34,337 nucleotides of DNA from Nemertoderma westbladi (lineage: Eukaryota; Animalia; Xenacoelomorpha), in contig JAUCBJ010006794.1 in NCBI GenBank assembly GCA_032718475.1, positions 1 through 34,337 on the forward strand. Direction: 5' to 3'. A model generated the notes under the pieces. It had not been told where the DNA came from. It was given only the letters and a program-made list of their open reading frames with translations, and did not search any database. The position numbers and the translations under genes are program-made. Below, piece after piece: positions 1 to 11,316 of this stretch (positions are counted from its first letter, which is position 1; every line of letters begins with the position of its first letter).

Positions 1-221
1 AATAATACAGTAGGCTTGACCGCAAATAAATTTAAGCCCACGAATCCAGTCTCCCGGTGTTATAAACGGGTCATTTGGACGCGCATGGACTGGCTTCGGC
101 TAATGTTTTTGGTTTGTTTTTGTATTAAATCTTGTCATCTTATAAAAGGCAGTTTATCAATAAAGACATATAAATTTCGGCAGGTTAAACTGCTGAAGGT
201 CTATAAAAGCGCGTACACTTA
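1..221. repeat. Dispersed repeat, copy 1 (probable decayed transposon segment); copy 2 at 22213-22435
   Basis: Colinear similarity with 22213-22435, e.g. aataatacagtaRgctt, gaatccagtctcccgg, tggacgcgca, gactggcttcggctaatgtt, aagacatataaattt, ggcaggttaaactgct, aaaagcgcgtaca. Confidence 0.75.
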
Positions 222-1306
222 TTGTCGAGTTCATTGTTGAGTTTCCTGGCGATGGGTTTGTTGACGAATCTGCTAATCTTTTTAAAGATTTGCTGTCTAG
301 TAGTCTAGAAACAGAAGAAGTTAGCGACGTAGATGCTAGTGATGTAGAAGTTGTTGAGTTGAAAGAATTGGACATTGAGGAACAAAGGCGTTATCGTGTG
401 AGTGCAGACGAGGAACATGATTTACCATTTATCTTTAATATGATGCACATGTCTAGCAACAGTAAATGAGGATTGTAAAAATATAATAAACAAACCGATT
501 GCATTGCCTTTACGTGTATAAAATTATCAATTACTAATCTATAAAATAACATCGATGTTTATCAGTGTACAGTAAGCAGTGAGTAACTTATCTGTGCGTA
601 AACGTCAGTGTAAAAATTTTATAATTCTGGGAAACCCCTTCCAGAAAAAAGGTGTCAACTTTTTGTAACTTCATATCGCCTACTTTAATGTTCAGTTAAC
701 CTTCCCGAAAAAATATACAAATTATTTTCGTCCAAGAATTAAAAAATTATTCCACCGCCAAAGGGAGGCGCTGAATTTTCCAATTAAGTAAAACTAATTC
801 ATTAGGGCAGGGGGGAAGTTTCATTGAAGAAATAAATAAATATAAAATATGAACATTGTAAAGAAATTGTTCAAATTGTAACTCTTATCTTATACTGTAG
901 GCATTGAATGCACAGCTGTAATCTGATATGTAGTGAGTGCTCTCATGGTACAAAAATACTCTGTTTCAAGAATAATGCGTTCCCACCTACTGTGTCGCAA
1001 CGCTGCAAAATGATTCAACTCAAAGATTTCACCATTGACAAAATGTAACAAAAATGATAGGTTTCCATGGCCGGCCGTACATTATCGTAATTGATTAAAT
1101 GTCATTAAAAGTATCAAAGAGCTTGAGAATCAGCTCGAAGCTTATATTTCAACCAGAGAGATCAAGAGCTACCGATATAGAGATCGTTTTGAGTTCGATT
1201 AATGAAGGTAAATCAGCCTCTGTATTCGCAGATGAGGGCGTATTGTTTACAAAGTACTCCTGCCCGAGTGGTCCCTATGTACGGTACGGTAGGTATGTAG
1301 TACAGT

Positions 1307-1533
1307 GAGGCAGGGGGGGGGGGGGGGGACTCGACGCAAAACCCGCCTCAATGTTAAATTATCAATTTAGGGAAAGGAGCAGGTTACAGTGGCACTTTAT
1401 TTTAACCAAAACAATAAACTAAACACAATAGAATAGGTTAGTTTTATTTTTGAGAATAATCAGCTGTTATTTGCGTCGAATTTCCCCTGGAGAGGGATAA
1501 ATTTGTATTGCGTCTAGTTGCCCTCCCTATCTG
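1307..1533. mobile_element. ~220-bp MITE with 8-bp TSD (hAT-like), copy 1
   Basis: Flanked by direct repeat AGTACAGT (1299-1306 and 1534-1541). Imperfect inverted ends (gaggcagg[G]nactcgacgcaa / ttgcgtctagttgccctccctatctg). Body is nearly identical to 4419-4626. Confidence 0.7.
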
Positions 1534-2650
1534 AGTACAGTAGTAGGCCTATACTACTGTTAGTAGCTCCAGATATCCAACTCATTATAATCAGCCTTGA
1601 AAATTCACAAACAAATTGCCAATACCCTAAGACATCCTGAGTATACTGTGTGTGTAATTGTATGGCTGGTAAGCTAACTGCTTGGTAGTAAAGTAACTGC
1701 TAGGTTCATCGCTTCACGCCTTCATCCTTACATTAACGATGGTAGCTAGCTGGATATCTGCGTCATTAGCTAGATATACTAAAATACTTAGCATTTATCA
1801 TCATCTACGCACGTACGATGAGCCATTAAACTCCAACATAATCCGTCTTTGACTTTGATTGATGGAAAATGGCGTCAATTAGCTGTTTACATCAATTCAA
1901 TACAGAATTGTCACCGACAATCAGTTCAATTCAACTATAATGTATTTATTTGAATATCGCTATAACAAGACTGTGATGATCTTTCTTATGGGAAAGCGGC
2001 ACATGCTTGAGATAAAATACCTGCAGTTTGTAATAACGAATAATTGAGAAGGTTTTGTGAAGATTGGAGATCAAATTTAATCGATTAATTCGATTTAATC
2101 CACTATAATTGCAAAACAAATCTAACAAGTTACAGCGATACGCTATTCTAACCAAAACAATAAAGTTACCGATTCTCTGCGACCTGTTATATCCTGGTAT
2201 ATGCATTAATTTCCAATGTTAATTAAATCAATTAATTCCCAGTTGCCTGCAACAAGAGTACCCCTCGGTGCGTTGATGGAATATTGAGAAAAAATATTTT
2301 TTCTCTCATTTTTAATAAAATTTCAATAAAATGACATGATGTTGTTACTTATTACAAATTTTATAGACTGGTTTTTACGAACATGTTTAACCAACATATT
2401 AAACAAAGTATAGCTACTTAATAGCACATAACATATAACTAATAGTTACTTATAATGGAATGAGCAGGAAACATACCTAATAAATACCAAGCCATCAATA
2501 TTCCTAAATTTTCGGCTATATAAGTTTTGAGGATTAACTTATAACTATTTGTACTTGTACGACCAACGCGAACATTCAAATCGTAGGCCAACTTTAGATA
2601 CATCGACCTAATAATACATATCTTTATCATATTCCTTGAAAGTTGAAACA

Positions 2651-3210
2651 CAACTAGTTCAACTCGCCGTCGATGACCCCATGAAGCCGAAATTTTCGAT
2701 TTTAACTTTAATTTTTTACAAGCATTTAAAAAAGTATCTTTAGCGAAATTGCACCCTCCGTATCGCGGCCATTATTTCCATTATTCGTGATTTATTTATT
2801 GGAAAGCTTACGTTGCAAGGATTCGAAACAATGTATGAGTTTCGTTGAGAAACAGCTGAGTTATATATAGGCGTTCAAAGATTGCAAGAATTATCGTTTA
2901 CTGAAGGTCATTTATTCTACTTAATAAATACACGATGTTCTGGAACATTTTGTTTATGTATGAATAGCTACGCAAGAGATAGAAAAACACGTTCTAGAAT
3001 TTTGCTTATTTATTAAATATATAAATGGCTTCCAGCGAACGATAATTCTTGTAATCTTTGAACGCCTATATCTCATCTGTATCTCAACGAATTTCAGATA
3101 TTGTTACATATTTCGAATCATTTCAACACTTTTTTTAAAACGTTATAAAAAATGTACAGGCAAATTCGAGTATTCCGGCTTCTGGTAACAACGATGAGTT
3201 AAACTAGTTG
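2651..3210. mobile_element. Degenerate foldback/MITE (long imperfect palindrome)
   Basis: Outer arms caactagttcaactc...gaagccgaaa / ttccggcttc...gagttaaactagttg. Inner arms 2820-2950 and 2985-3120 are reverse complements (ttcgttgag..., tataggcgttcaaagattRcaagaattatcgtt). Confidence 0.7.
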
Positions 3211-3656
3211 TCAATATATTACGGGTCATGGTGTAGATATTCGCGAGGAAAACTCATTTGAGAAGAAAAAGTAAATAAATCATTATAATGGTAATAAAAA
3301 CAGACGGACAAGTCTTACATACTATACATCCTGTAGCAATAATGGTAGCACCAAATATAGATTGAAGTATTACTTAATTCGTATTGTGGTGGAGTTTGTA
3401 TAGCTGTAAACATAGTTTTAGCTCAAGACGCCCCCACAATCACAAAGAAGGCCTTGTTAAAATAAAATCTTAAATTAAAATATTAGTCAAAAGGGAATAA
3501 AATCAGTAATATGCAAATTGTATGTATTTAATTCCAAACATATGGAGTAAAATGAACAACATGGTTATTAAAATTTTTACAAAATAAATAAAATAATATA
3601 TAAAATATTGTGCTATTAAAAAGTTTTATTTGGTTGTGGGGGGGGGGGGGGGGGGG

Positions 3657-4208
3657 TCATTGGTTTAGGGTAAGGACCGCAAGAAACATCCCTGTACGGA
3701 GGCCCGAACTGGTTGCTGGGATACCCGGGCACATTGTATAGTGCTCCGAGCTGATTGCTGATTGGCCACACAATAAACAGCGACACTCCTCGATTGGCCG
3801 CCAACAGTTCCGAGTGGCACATAGTTTATGATGGTAACCGTTGGCTACCAGCTGACCGGCTACCCGACGCCTATAACCAGTTAGATTGACCGGGTTAATA
3901 GCTGAGGAGTCGGGGTGGTCAATACTGGAAAGGATTGCGGTCGACGATGCGTATTTACTGATTCCAAACCAGAGTTTCCAATAAAACGCACGTATGCGGT
4001 GGATGTGGTCGAGTTCGATTATATTTGGTTCTGTAGCGAAAATGTTGCAGCCGTAAGAAACAGACGGTAGGACGATCGCTAGCCATATTTTCCTTGCTGT
4101 GGCAATCGAGACAACGTTAAGTTTTACCTTTATTGCAATTCGCGTACAACAGGCAATCCCCTTGCGATACAGGTGGTCGTAATGGGACCTAGAACGTAAT
4201 GGGACCAA
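3657..4208 (-). pseudogene. 3' fragment of a non-LTR retrotransposon (LINE) ORF2: post-RT region and Cys/His-rich C-terminus
   Basis: Translation has IVLPSVSYGC and a C-terminal HHKLC...C...CRCLLC...EHYTMC zinc-knuckle-like region. It is followed on the minus strand by a C-tract and AATAAA (about 3625-3630). Confidence 0.6.
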
Positions 4209-4418
4209 TCAGAATAGATTGGAATGATTTATTATAATAGAATTTAAATTTGTTGGATATCGCAAAGTAATAAAATCGCTGATGCCAAATAAATTCAGTC
4301 CGTTTGTTTGAATAAAAGTTTCGTACATAATAAATTATTGTGAAACGGACAAATTTAATGAACTTATTATGTCGTGTTAAATAATAATAACAGTAGCTTA
4401 GCGCAGCGCAGGTTCCGC

Positions 4419-4626
4419 GAGACAGGGGGGGGGGGGGGGGGGGGGAACCCGCCTCAATGTTAAATTCTAAATTTAGGGAAAGGAGCAGGTTACAGTGGCA
4501 CGTTAATTTAACCAAAACAATAAACTAAACACAATAGAACAGGTTACAGTTTTATTTTTGAGAATAATCAGCTGTTATGGGATGAATTTTCATTGCGTCT
4601 AAAGTCCCCCCCCCCCCCCCCGTCTG
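4419..4626. mobile_element. ~210-bp MITE (hAT-like), copy 2
   Basis: Ends gagacagg[G]n ... [C]ngtctg. Degenerate 8-bp TSD ggttccgc / ggagccgc. Internal sequence matches 1340-1515. Confidence 0.7.
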
Positions 4627-4901
4627 GGAGCCGCATATGAATAATAAACTAGACACAACTTAAATACTTATTTGTCTACGATTAACTACGAGTCCATATA
4701 CCAAAAGCAACTACGGCGCGTAAATTCGCAATAAAATTGAAAAATGCCGATCTTTAAAAAAAGTTTATAACCGTTGGAAACCTAAATGGTGTAGAATAAT
4801 AATATGATGTTATTATTAAATAATTTATTGTCTGCGAGTGTTTTAATATCAGATAATAATATAAATAAAACTACCGCAGATAAACAAAGTAAAACACTAA
4901 C

Positions 4902-4907
4902 TTTATT
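4902..4907 (-). promoter_or_regulatory. Candidate polyadenylation signal of MOB1
   Basis: AATAAA on the minus strand about 890 nt downstream of the MOB1 stop, followed by a U/GU-rich tract. Weak evidence in AT-rich DNA. Confidence 0.25.
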
Positions 4908-5795
4908 GCATTGCAGTATTAACGAATAATTATTCTAACATGTTTTAATTCATCATTCAATATCACTGATAGACGCGCTAAATAAATACAAAAGATCAAT
5001 TTCAAATTCAGAAACACAAAACGAATATACTAAGATCAAAAACAAGCTTTGTACGAAGTAAATTACATTTGTAAACGCAATTTAAGGTCACATATATATA
5101 CAGTATATAACAAACGATGTTAAGGGGCCTATAGAGAATAAATCAAACCTTTTATAAATAAATATATATAATATGATTGCGAATTGTCGGCACCGGCGAT
5201 ACTGAATACACAATAACTAAAAAATATAAATTGTATTCGCGATGTGAGTGTATTTAGTATGTCACGACTTATTTTTATATGACATCAGGTTTTGGGATAC
5301 AAATTACAGACTTTTTATAAACTTCCGCAAGAGTGGCTTGGCAGCACTAAATTGTATTCCATATCGAATACCGAATAAATAAAATTAATACGTGCGGGGG
5401 ATCGTGATTAATTTGTGGTGTATAGAAGAAGTTCTAGAGATATTCAGTTTGGGGGGGAGTGTCAGTTGTAATTTTCAGTCACTTGCGTTTCTTGCGTTTA
5501 CCTGGTAAGACCAAACCATGTTTATAATTTGTCTTGTAACAGGGGTAAAACCCCATACAGCCATACTAAGCCTATCCGTAACTCTTATCTAATGGTAATC
5601 TAATGAATTCCACCAACATTTCGTCCCCAAACTGCATATCTTACAATAGATTTACCCGTACTGCCTTACATACAACAAAACATTCCGAAATAAAATACAA
5701 CAAACAGCATAGCATAGCATACAGTGAGTCGAGTCGTGCAGTAATTATTGTGACGGAACAAATATCGAATAAGGTGATTGATTTAGGCCTTACTA

Positions 5796-6479
5796 TTATT
5801 TATGTGGCGTTAAACACGTGGAATCCTTTTTACTCAATCGATCCATGAGTTCCTGCAACGGTTCCAATTCCCGCTTATCTATCAAACAAAATTCCTGAAC
5901 GAAGAAAATGAAATGTTTAAACGAGGTGTTGAGATGTGCTTCTTCGCCTAACTCAACCACATGCCCGAAATGTTGGTGGTAAACATGGGCGTAAACGCGA
6001 AACAGTCGTTTTAATATCGTTTTTACGACGCTTAGGAAATTCCTTGGAAACGGGACACCAATTTTAGAAGGAAATAAAACCTCGTTATCCAGCTGATGTT
6101 GTACCCAGGTCATCATATAGTCCATGTACTCTGGCGCGGAACAACGCACAGCTTTCTTTATATAAACACCGTCCGCCCATTGGTACTCGTACTTAGGACC
6201 CGCAGACATCCGCGGGCAACTTGTCTTCGTGCAGAAATCTGTTATGGTCCCGTACAACATGGAAATTTGGTTGAAAAAGTCAACCGTATTCACCGCCAAC
6301 CATTCGTTTAAGTCCTCACCCTCGGGCAGCATCACCGCGAGTTTTAGATTGCCGCTGCCTAGGGTTGCCGCCGCGTGCTGCAGTAGTTCCTGCTGTCGTC
6401 CGCCATCAGGGATGTTCTTCTTCGGTTTGAATGTTTTAACGCCACGGATGCCCAACAGGAAATTCCTTGCGGAACTCAT
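5796..6479 (-). CDS. MOB1: MOB kinase activator 1 (MOB1/Mats; Hippo-LATS/NDR co-activator), single exon, 227 aa
   Basis: Highly similar to metazoan MOB1: KTFKPKKNIP, ATLGSGNL..AVMLPEGEDLNEW.AVNTVDFFNQI, LFPSKIGVPFP, ILKRLFRVYAH.YHQHF, EEAHLNTSFKHFIFFVQEF. First ATG is at 6479; the track start at 6512 is GTG. Confidence 0.95.
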   Translation of the reverse strand: MSSARNFLLGIRGVKTFKPKKNIPDGGRQQELLQHAAATLGSGNLKLAVMLPEGEDLNEWLAVNTVDFFNQISMLYGTITDFCTKTSCPRMSAGPKYEYQWADGVYIKKAVRCSAPEYMDYMMTWVQHQLDNEVLFPSKIGVPFPRNFLSVVKTILKRLFRVYAHVYHQHFGHVVELGEEAHLNTSFKHFIFFVQEFCLIDKRELEPLQELMDRLSKKDSTCLTPHK

Positions 6480-6840
6480 TCGTCTGTTCGCAATCTCAGG
6501 ATCTGCATTCACGATTGACAGAGTACTGGAGTATTTGTTGTCCTATATTTGTAGTCGATCCCGACTGCCAGAGCTGACAGGCTGAAGCAAATTAAGGCTG
6601 TAAGGTACCGGTATCGTCAGATCGTCTGGCTGCAGTGCTGTAGTCCTCAGTCCTGTACTGCTGTAGTGCGCTCCCGGTCAGACAGTTTTTGAGTATACCG
6701 GTACCAGTCAGACCAGCACCGGTTCGGCAGTTCGGTGTACAGTTTGTTTTTGTATAGCCTAATACATGTAATACTGTAAATACAAGTGTAATACTACTAC
6801 AGTACTTCTACGATCGGCATGCTGCATTGCGGCTGCATTT

Positions 6841-7243
6841 TTAAGAATGCTGTGCCGGCTTGTCAACAAAATTGCACCGCCACAATTCCCTATCACCCAT
6901 GACATTTGCTAGATCATCCGCATCTTTAAGGCCAGTGTCCTTTAAGATGCGTCTCAAGAAAGTCATGGGCTGTCCACCATGCTTATTCACTCCATGAGGC
7001 TGCCAAAGTACAAGATTATGCACTGGCTGGTCCTCACGGCGAAAGCAATGTCCTGCAAAGCGGAGGCGATTTTGTTCTAGTGTCAAGCTTGGGGGAACCA
7101 ATGAGACACCTCCAATGTTATATAGTGTCTGGTTGGAGATGTGTGTATTGTACTTGACACAATGAACCCGGCGTAGCATTCTTGTGAATGTGCCATCCAG
7201 AGATTTGGTGTCCTCAGCAGTTAGAGCCCAGCATGGACTCCCA
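6841..7243 (-). pseudogene. 3' fragment of an RTE-type LINE ORF2
   Basis: The frame upstream of the track ORF reads SPCWALTAEDTKSLDGTFTRMLRRV, then RLRFAGHCFRR...LVLWQP...DRELWR. This is the typical post-RT C-terminus of RTE-like LINEs. Confidence 0.8.
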
Positions 7244-7510
7244 CTGTACCGGTACAGCTACAGCAGTAATACTGTAATAATTGTATTGTAATTGTTTATG
7301 TCAGCGCATGAGTCTCGCTGGGGTCATCGCCAGGTTCTGCCTAACCCTATTTCGACTTCGGGGGGGGGGGGGGGGGGGGGGTTTCCATGTACTGTAATAG
7401 TTAATTCGAAATAGTGTACACCTATTGCCCTGAAACTTCCTGACTTCCTGTATCTGGTCGGAAAAGTTAATACCAAGTCAATAAGTAATTACCAAGTCAA
7501 TGATTGGGAA

Positions 7511-10500
7511 GTGGAGAGCAGTGAGGTGGACGAACTAACTGAGGGAACACCATACTCCTCAGATAATGACGACATCTACCAACTCTTTGATGAAGAGAAC
7601 ACAATCGACCTACTTACAGAAAACAAAACTTGGAAAAACCAGGTGAACCTAGGTCAACTGATTCGCCCATCGGGACCCATTGACTACAATGACGAACTAA
7701 ATGATGAAATAGAGCGCTACAACGCTAGAACTCGGGACGAACTCGCCGTACGATTCTTTACTCAAGAATTGGTAGAGCCCAATTCATACGATAAGGCCCT
7801 ATCGATAGAAGAAGAAAGAGCCAAGCAAATCCAGGAAACAACTACACGTTTTTTAAAAGATCAAGGTAGATATGAAATCGGCCTACCATTTCGAAAACGA
7901 GAACCTAGATTTATAAATAACAGACCCTTGGCAGAGAAAAGAATCACTCAATTACATCGACGCCTTACGGCTAATGCTTCAGCTAAAGAAATGTACCAAA
8001 CTCAGTTGAAGAAATTTATTACAAAGGGATACGCGGAGCGAGTACCGGAAGGAACACCAGTGACTGAGAGAACGTATTACTTAACACATCATTACGTTCC
8101 CAAACCCGGTAAACCCCATGAAGTACGAGTCGTATTCGATGGCTCCGCTCTATATATGGGCCAATCCCTCAATTCCGAGTTGTTACCAGGACCCAACTTA
8201 CTCCAATCTTTGTTGGGAATACTTTTAAGATTAAGACAATATTCCATCGCGTTCGCCTCCGATATAGAAGGAATGTTCTTACAAGTCAAGGCGCTGGATA
8301 GAGATAGAGACAGCCTAAGATTTCTGTGGTGGCCTGAAGGAGATCTCAACCAGAAACCGGTAGAGTACTGGATGACCATCCAGGCTTTTGGGATCATATC
8401 AAGCCCTTCCAACGCCTGCTCCGTGGTGCGGACCACTGCGAATGACAACCGAGACGCCTTCTCCAAAGAGGTGATAGACAACATCAAGCGCGATATATAC
8501 ATGGACGACAATTTAAAGTCCCTTCCATCAGTAGAAGAAGCCATTGATGTCGCGAAAGGAACGGTAGAGTGTTTGAAAAGAGGTGGATTTCGACTGACGA
8601 AATTCACCAGCAACTCCCGTGAGTTTCTGGAAGCGATACCGGTAGAAGACCGAGGAACGAAAGACCTAGACTTAATAAAGGACGATCTTCCAGAAACCAA
8701 GACGCTTGGCTTGAAGTGGGACACTGAAAGAGATATCCTGTTTTTTCAGCTAAAACAGCGAGATAATCCAGTTCGGACCAAACGGATTTGTTTAAGTATC
8801 CTGAGCACTTATTTCGACCCATTGGGATTTATTAGCCCAGTTATATTGATTGCTCGGAGTTTAGTACAACAAATGTGGCTTGAAAACCACTCATGGGACG
8901 ATCCACTTAAGGGAGAACTGTTAAAGAGGTGGATGAAATGGGAAGATTCTCTACCTGCCATCGAGAGCTTTGTAATTTCCCGTGCATATTTTGGTCATGT
9001 TCTTCCTACGTATTCCTATCAACTCCATGTGTTTGGAGACGCCAGCGACATGGGAATAGGTATAGTAGCATATCTGCGAGTCGAAACTCCGGATGGAATC
9101 AAAGTCGCCTTGGTTACCTCTAAGGCATTGATTAACAACAAGTTAAAGGTTCCTCGAGCGGAGTTAAAAGCGGCTTTATACGCTACAGCCATCGGCCGGA
9201 ACGTAACAGAACAAATCGACTATCCACTGGAGAAAACTGTTTATTGGACTGACGCTTTACTCGTGTTGGAGTATATAACCAATGAAGTCTGTCAGTTCAG
9301 CGTTTTTGTTACTAACAGGGTAGCTATTATTCTTAGTCGCACAAAGATAGATCAATGGAGACATTGCCCTGGTACGATTAATCCAGCCGATATCGCCTCC
9401 AGGGGAGCAACTCCACAGGAACTGATAGATACTCCAGACTGGTTGGGTGGACCCGACTTCCTGAGTAAGGAAGAGGATGAATGGCCTCCTCACCTTACTA
9501 CGGCGGAGATTAGACAAGCCAAGGGAGCGGAGAAAGTCAAACCTAAAACCCGGGCGAGTAAATCGAAGTTATTTAAACCGACGATCGATCTATCTGTATT
9601 ACATACTTCCGGAAACGATGCTTCGGATCCACAATCCCTCGCCACAAATAAGTCTGTTGTGGAAATTAGAGATAGAGATTGGAAATCTGGAATACCAGAC
9701 GTCTCGCAAGGAATCTCACCCCTGCTGCAGAGAGCAATGCATCACTACAGTTCCTGGAATCGGCTCTGTAAAGCCGTCGCATATTTAAGGAGATGTTTTC
9801 ATCATCACTACTCCAGGACGAAGACCATTAGTGATACCGCTCCATTGACATCTGCGCAAGTTCATGTTATTAAAAATTTACCCAAATATAAGACATCCGA
9901 CCGGTTTCTAAAGGAGAAGATCAGTTACCAGGAGCATGAAGAAACCAATAAGCAGATACTGAGACTCCTGCAATGCTATGAGGATTCCGATAAGTATTTC
10001 CTGTTGTTGAGAAATCCGCAGATGCGCTTAAGGGATCGCTTCTCTAGCACAATGATAGATGGGTTAATACGTGTTGGAGGAAGACTCACCAATGCGCCAT
10101 TATCCTTTGACACTAAATTCCCCATACTCATTAGAAATCTTGAAGTACAAATCAAGATGATTGTAGATGTTCACAGTAAACTTTATCATGCTGGTAGAGA
10201 ACGAGTTCTTAGCGAAATCCGAACTCGCTATTATTTTTATAAACCCCGTAGAGCTCTGAACCAAGTTCTTAGGAAGTGCATACCCTGTAGGAAAGCATTC
10301 AGTAGGCCTTTAATACAGCGAGAGGCAGAATTACCTAGGGAACGAGTAAGCTTCTATGAACCACCTTTTACTAATACTGGTGTAGATTTATTTGGCCCTA
10401 TTGAAGTATATCGTGCTAGGACTATAGTCAAGAGATGGTGTGTCATCTTCGTATGCATGACTTGTAGAGCCATCCATCTCGATATGGTGAACGATCTATC

Positions 10501-11275
10501 TACCAACAGCTTCGTCTTAAGTTTACGCCGACAGATCGCTCGCTTCGGGACTAGTAATACCATGAGATCGGATAAGGGAACGAACTTCATTGGTGCCAAC
10601 AACGAAATCCAGGCTTACGTGAAGGACTGGAACCAAAGACAGGTGGACGATCAGCTAAGGATAACAGCGTCTAGCTGGACCTTCAACGCCGCCGACGCCC
10701 CTTGGTGGGGAGGAAGTTGGGAGAGATTAATTAGAAGTGTCAAGACCGCATTTCACTTTATAGTGCCATGCCGCGCGTATCTCACCGACGAACTTTTGCG
10801 GACGTTAATGGAGGAAATAGCTGCCTATCTCAACGAGAGACCGCTTATGCCAGTCTCATCGAGTCCCGATTCCCTGGAAGCGCTAACACCCGCGCACTTT
10901 CTACTGAAGAAACCTGTAGCCATGCTCCCACGATCGGAGATTGCCGACGGAGACGAATACTGCCGTCGAACTTGGCAACTTATGCAGTTGCTATCCCGTC
11001 GTTTCGCTGACCATTTCGAGAAACATTATCTGCCCACGCTACAACTTCGAACTAAGTGGTTTGCGCAGCAAGAAAACGTCAGCGCCGGAGATATGGTGCT
11101 TATTGTAGATTCAGACCTTCCACGTAAATGGTGGCAGACAGGTCGTATCATCGAGACTCACATCTCGGATGATGGTTTAGTGCGCTCGGTAGAACTCGTC
11201 GTCATGCGGCGTAACTTCAAGAAGCCAGGCATAATTTTTGAGACGCAACAGCTCAACCGCCCAGTTGGTACCTAA
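7511..11275 (+). CDS. pol: BEL/Pao LTR retrotransposon pol (RT-RNase H-integrase), 5'-truncated with gag and protease missing
   Basis: YYLTHHYV, RVVFDGS, LNSELLPGPNL, DIEGMFLQV, YMDD (RT); DPLGFISP, HVFGDAS (RNase H); NPADIASRG, H..H..CIPC zinc finger, GVDLFGP, SDKGTNF, PWWGGSWERLI (integrase). The frame is open from 7415 (TPIALKLPDFLYLVGKV, resembling the post-protease motif). It ends abruptly at RPVGT*. Confidence 0.92.
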   Translation: MESSEVDELTEGTPYSSDNDDIYQLFDEENTIDLLTENKTWKNQVNLGQLIRPSGPIDYNDELNDEIERYNARTRDELAVRFFTQELVEPNSYDKALSIEEERAKQIQETTTRFLKDQGRYEIGLPFRKREPRFINNRPLAEKRITQLHRRLTANASAKEMYQTQLKKFITKGYAERVPEGTPVTERTYYLTHHYVPKPGKPHEVRVVFDGSALYMGQSLNSELLPGPNLLQSLLGILLRLRQYSIAFASDIEGMFLQVKALDRDRDSLRFLWWPEGDLNQKPVEYWMTIQAFGIISSPSNACSVVRTTANDNRDAFSKEVIDNIKRDIYMDDNLKSLPSVEEAIDVAKGTVECLKRGGFRLTKFTSNSREFLEAIPVEDRGTKDLDLIKDDLPETKTLGLKWDTERDILFFQLKQRDNPVRTKRICLSILSTYFDPLGFISPVILIARSLVQQMWLENHSWDDPLKGELLKRWMKWEDSLPAIESFVISRAYFGHVLPTYSYQLHVFGDASDMGIGIVAYLRVETPDGIKVALVTSKALINNKLKVPRAELKAALYATAIGRNVTEQIDYPLEKTVYWTDALLVLEYITNEVCQFSVFVTNRVAIILSRTKIDQWRHCPGTINPADIASRGATPQELIDTPDWLGGPDFLSKEEDEWPPHLTTAEIRQAKGAEKVKPKTRASKSKLFKPTIDLSVLHTSGNDASDPQSLATNKSVVEIRDRDWKSGIPDVSQGISPLLQRAMHHYSSWNRLCKAVAYLRRCFHHHYSRTKTISDTAPLTSAQVHVIKNLPKYKTSDRFLKEKISYQEHEETNKQILRLLQCYEDSDKYFLLLRNPQMRLRDRFSSTMIDGLIRVGGRLTNAPLSFDTKFPILIRNLEVQIKMIVDVHSKLYHAGRERVLSEIRTRYYFYKPRRALNQVLRKCIPCRKAFSRPLIQREAELPRERVSFYEPPFTNTGVDLFGPIEVYRARTIVKRWCVIFVCMTCRAIHLDMVNDLSTNSFVLSLRRQIARFGTSNTMRSDKGTNFIGANNEIQAYVKDWNQRQVDDQLRITASSWTFNAADAPWWGGSWERLIRSVKTAFHFIVPCRAYLTDELLRTLMEEIAAYLNERPLMPVSSSPDSLEALTPAHFLLKKPVAMLPRSEIADGDEYCRRTWQLMQLLSRRFADHFEKHYLPTLQLRTKWFAQQENVSAGDMVLIVDSDLPRKWWQTGRIIETHISDDGLVRSVELVVMRRNFKKPGIIFETQQLNRPVGT

Positions 11276-11316
11276 AGAGGTGAGGTCTCTATAGGGGTGC
11301 CAACAACAGGCGGCGG

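Noticed and set aside
196-469. Acidic reading frame (EFPGDGFVDESAN...DEEHDLP) as a host exon
   Set aside because: Preceded by an in-frame stop, contiguous with a dispersed repeat, and no clear splice structure; more likely a decayed transposon tail.
6480-6512. N-terminal extension of MOB1 from the GTG at 6512
   Set aside because: Eukaryotic gene; the ATG at 6479 aligns with known MOB1 starts.
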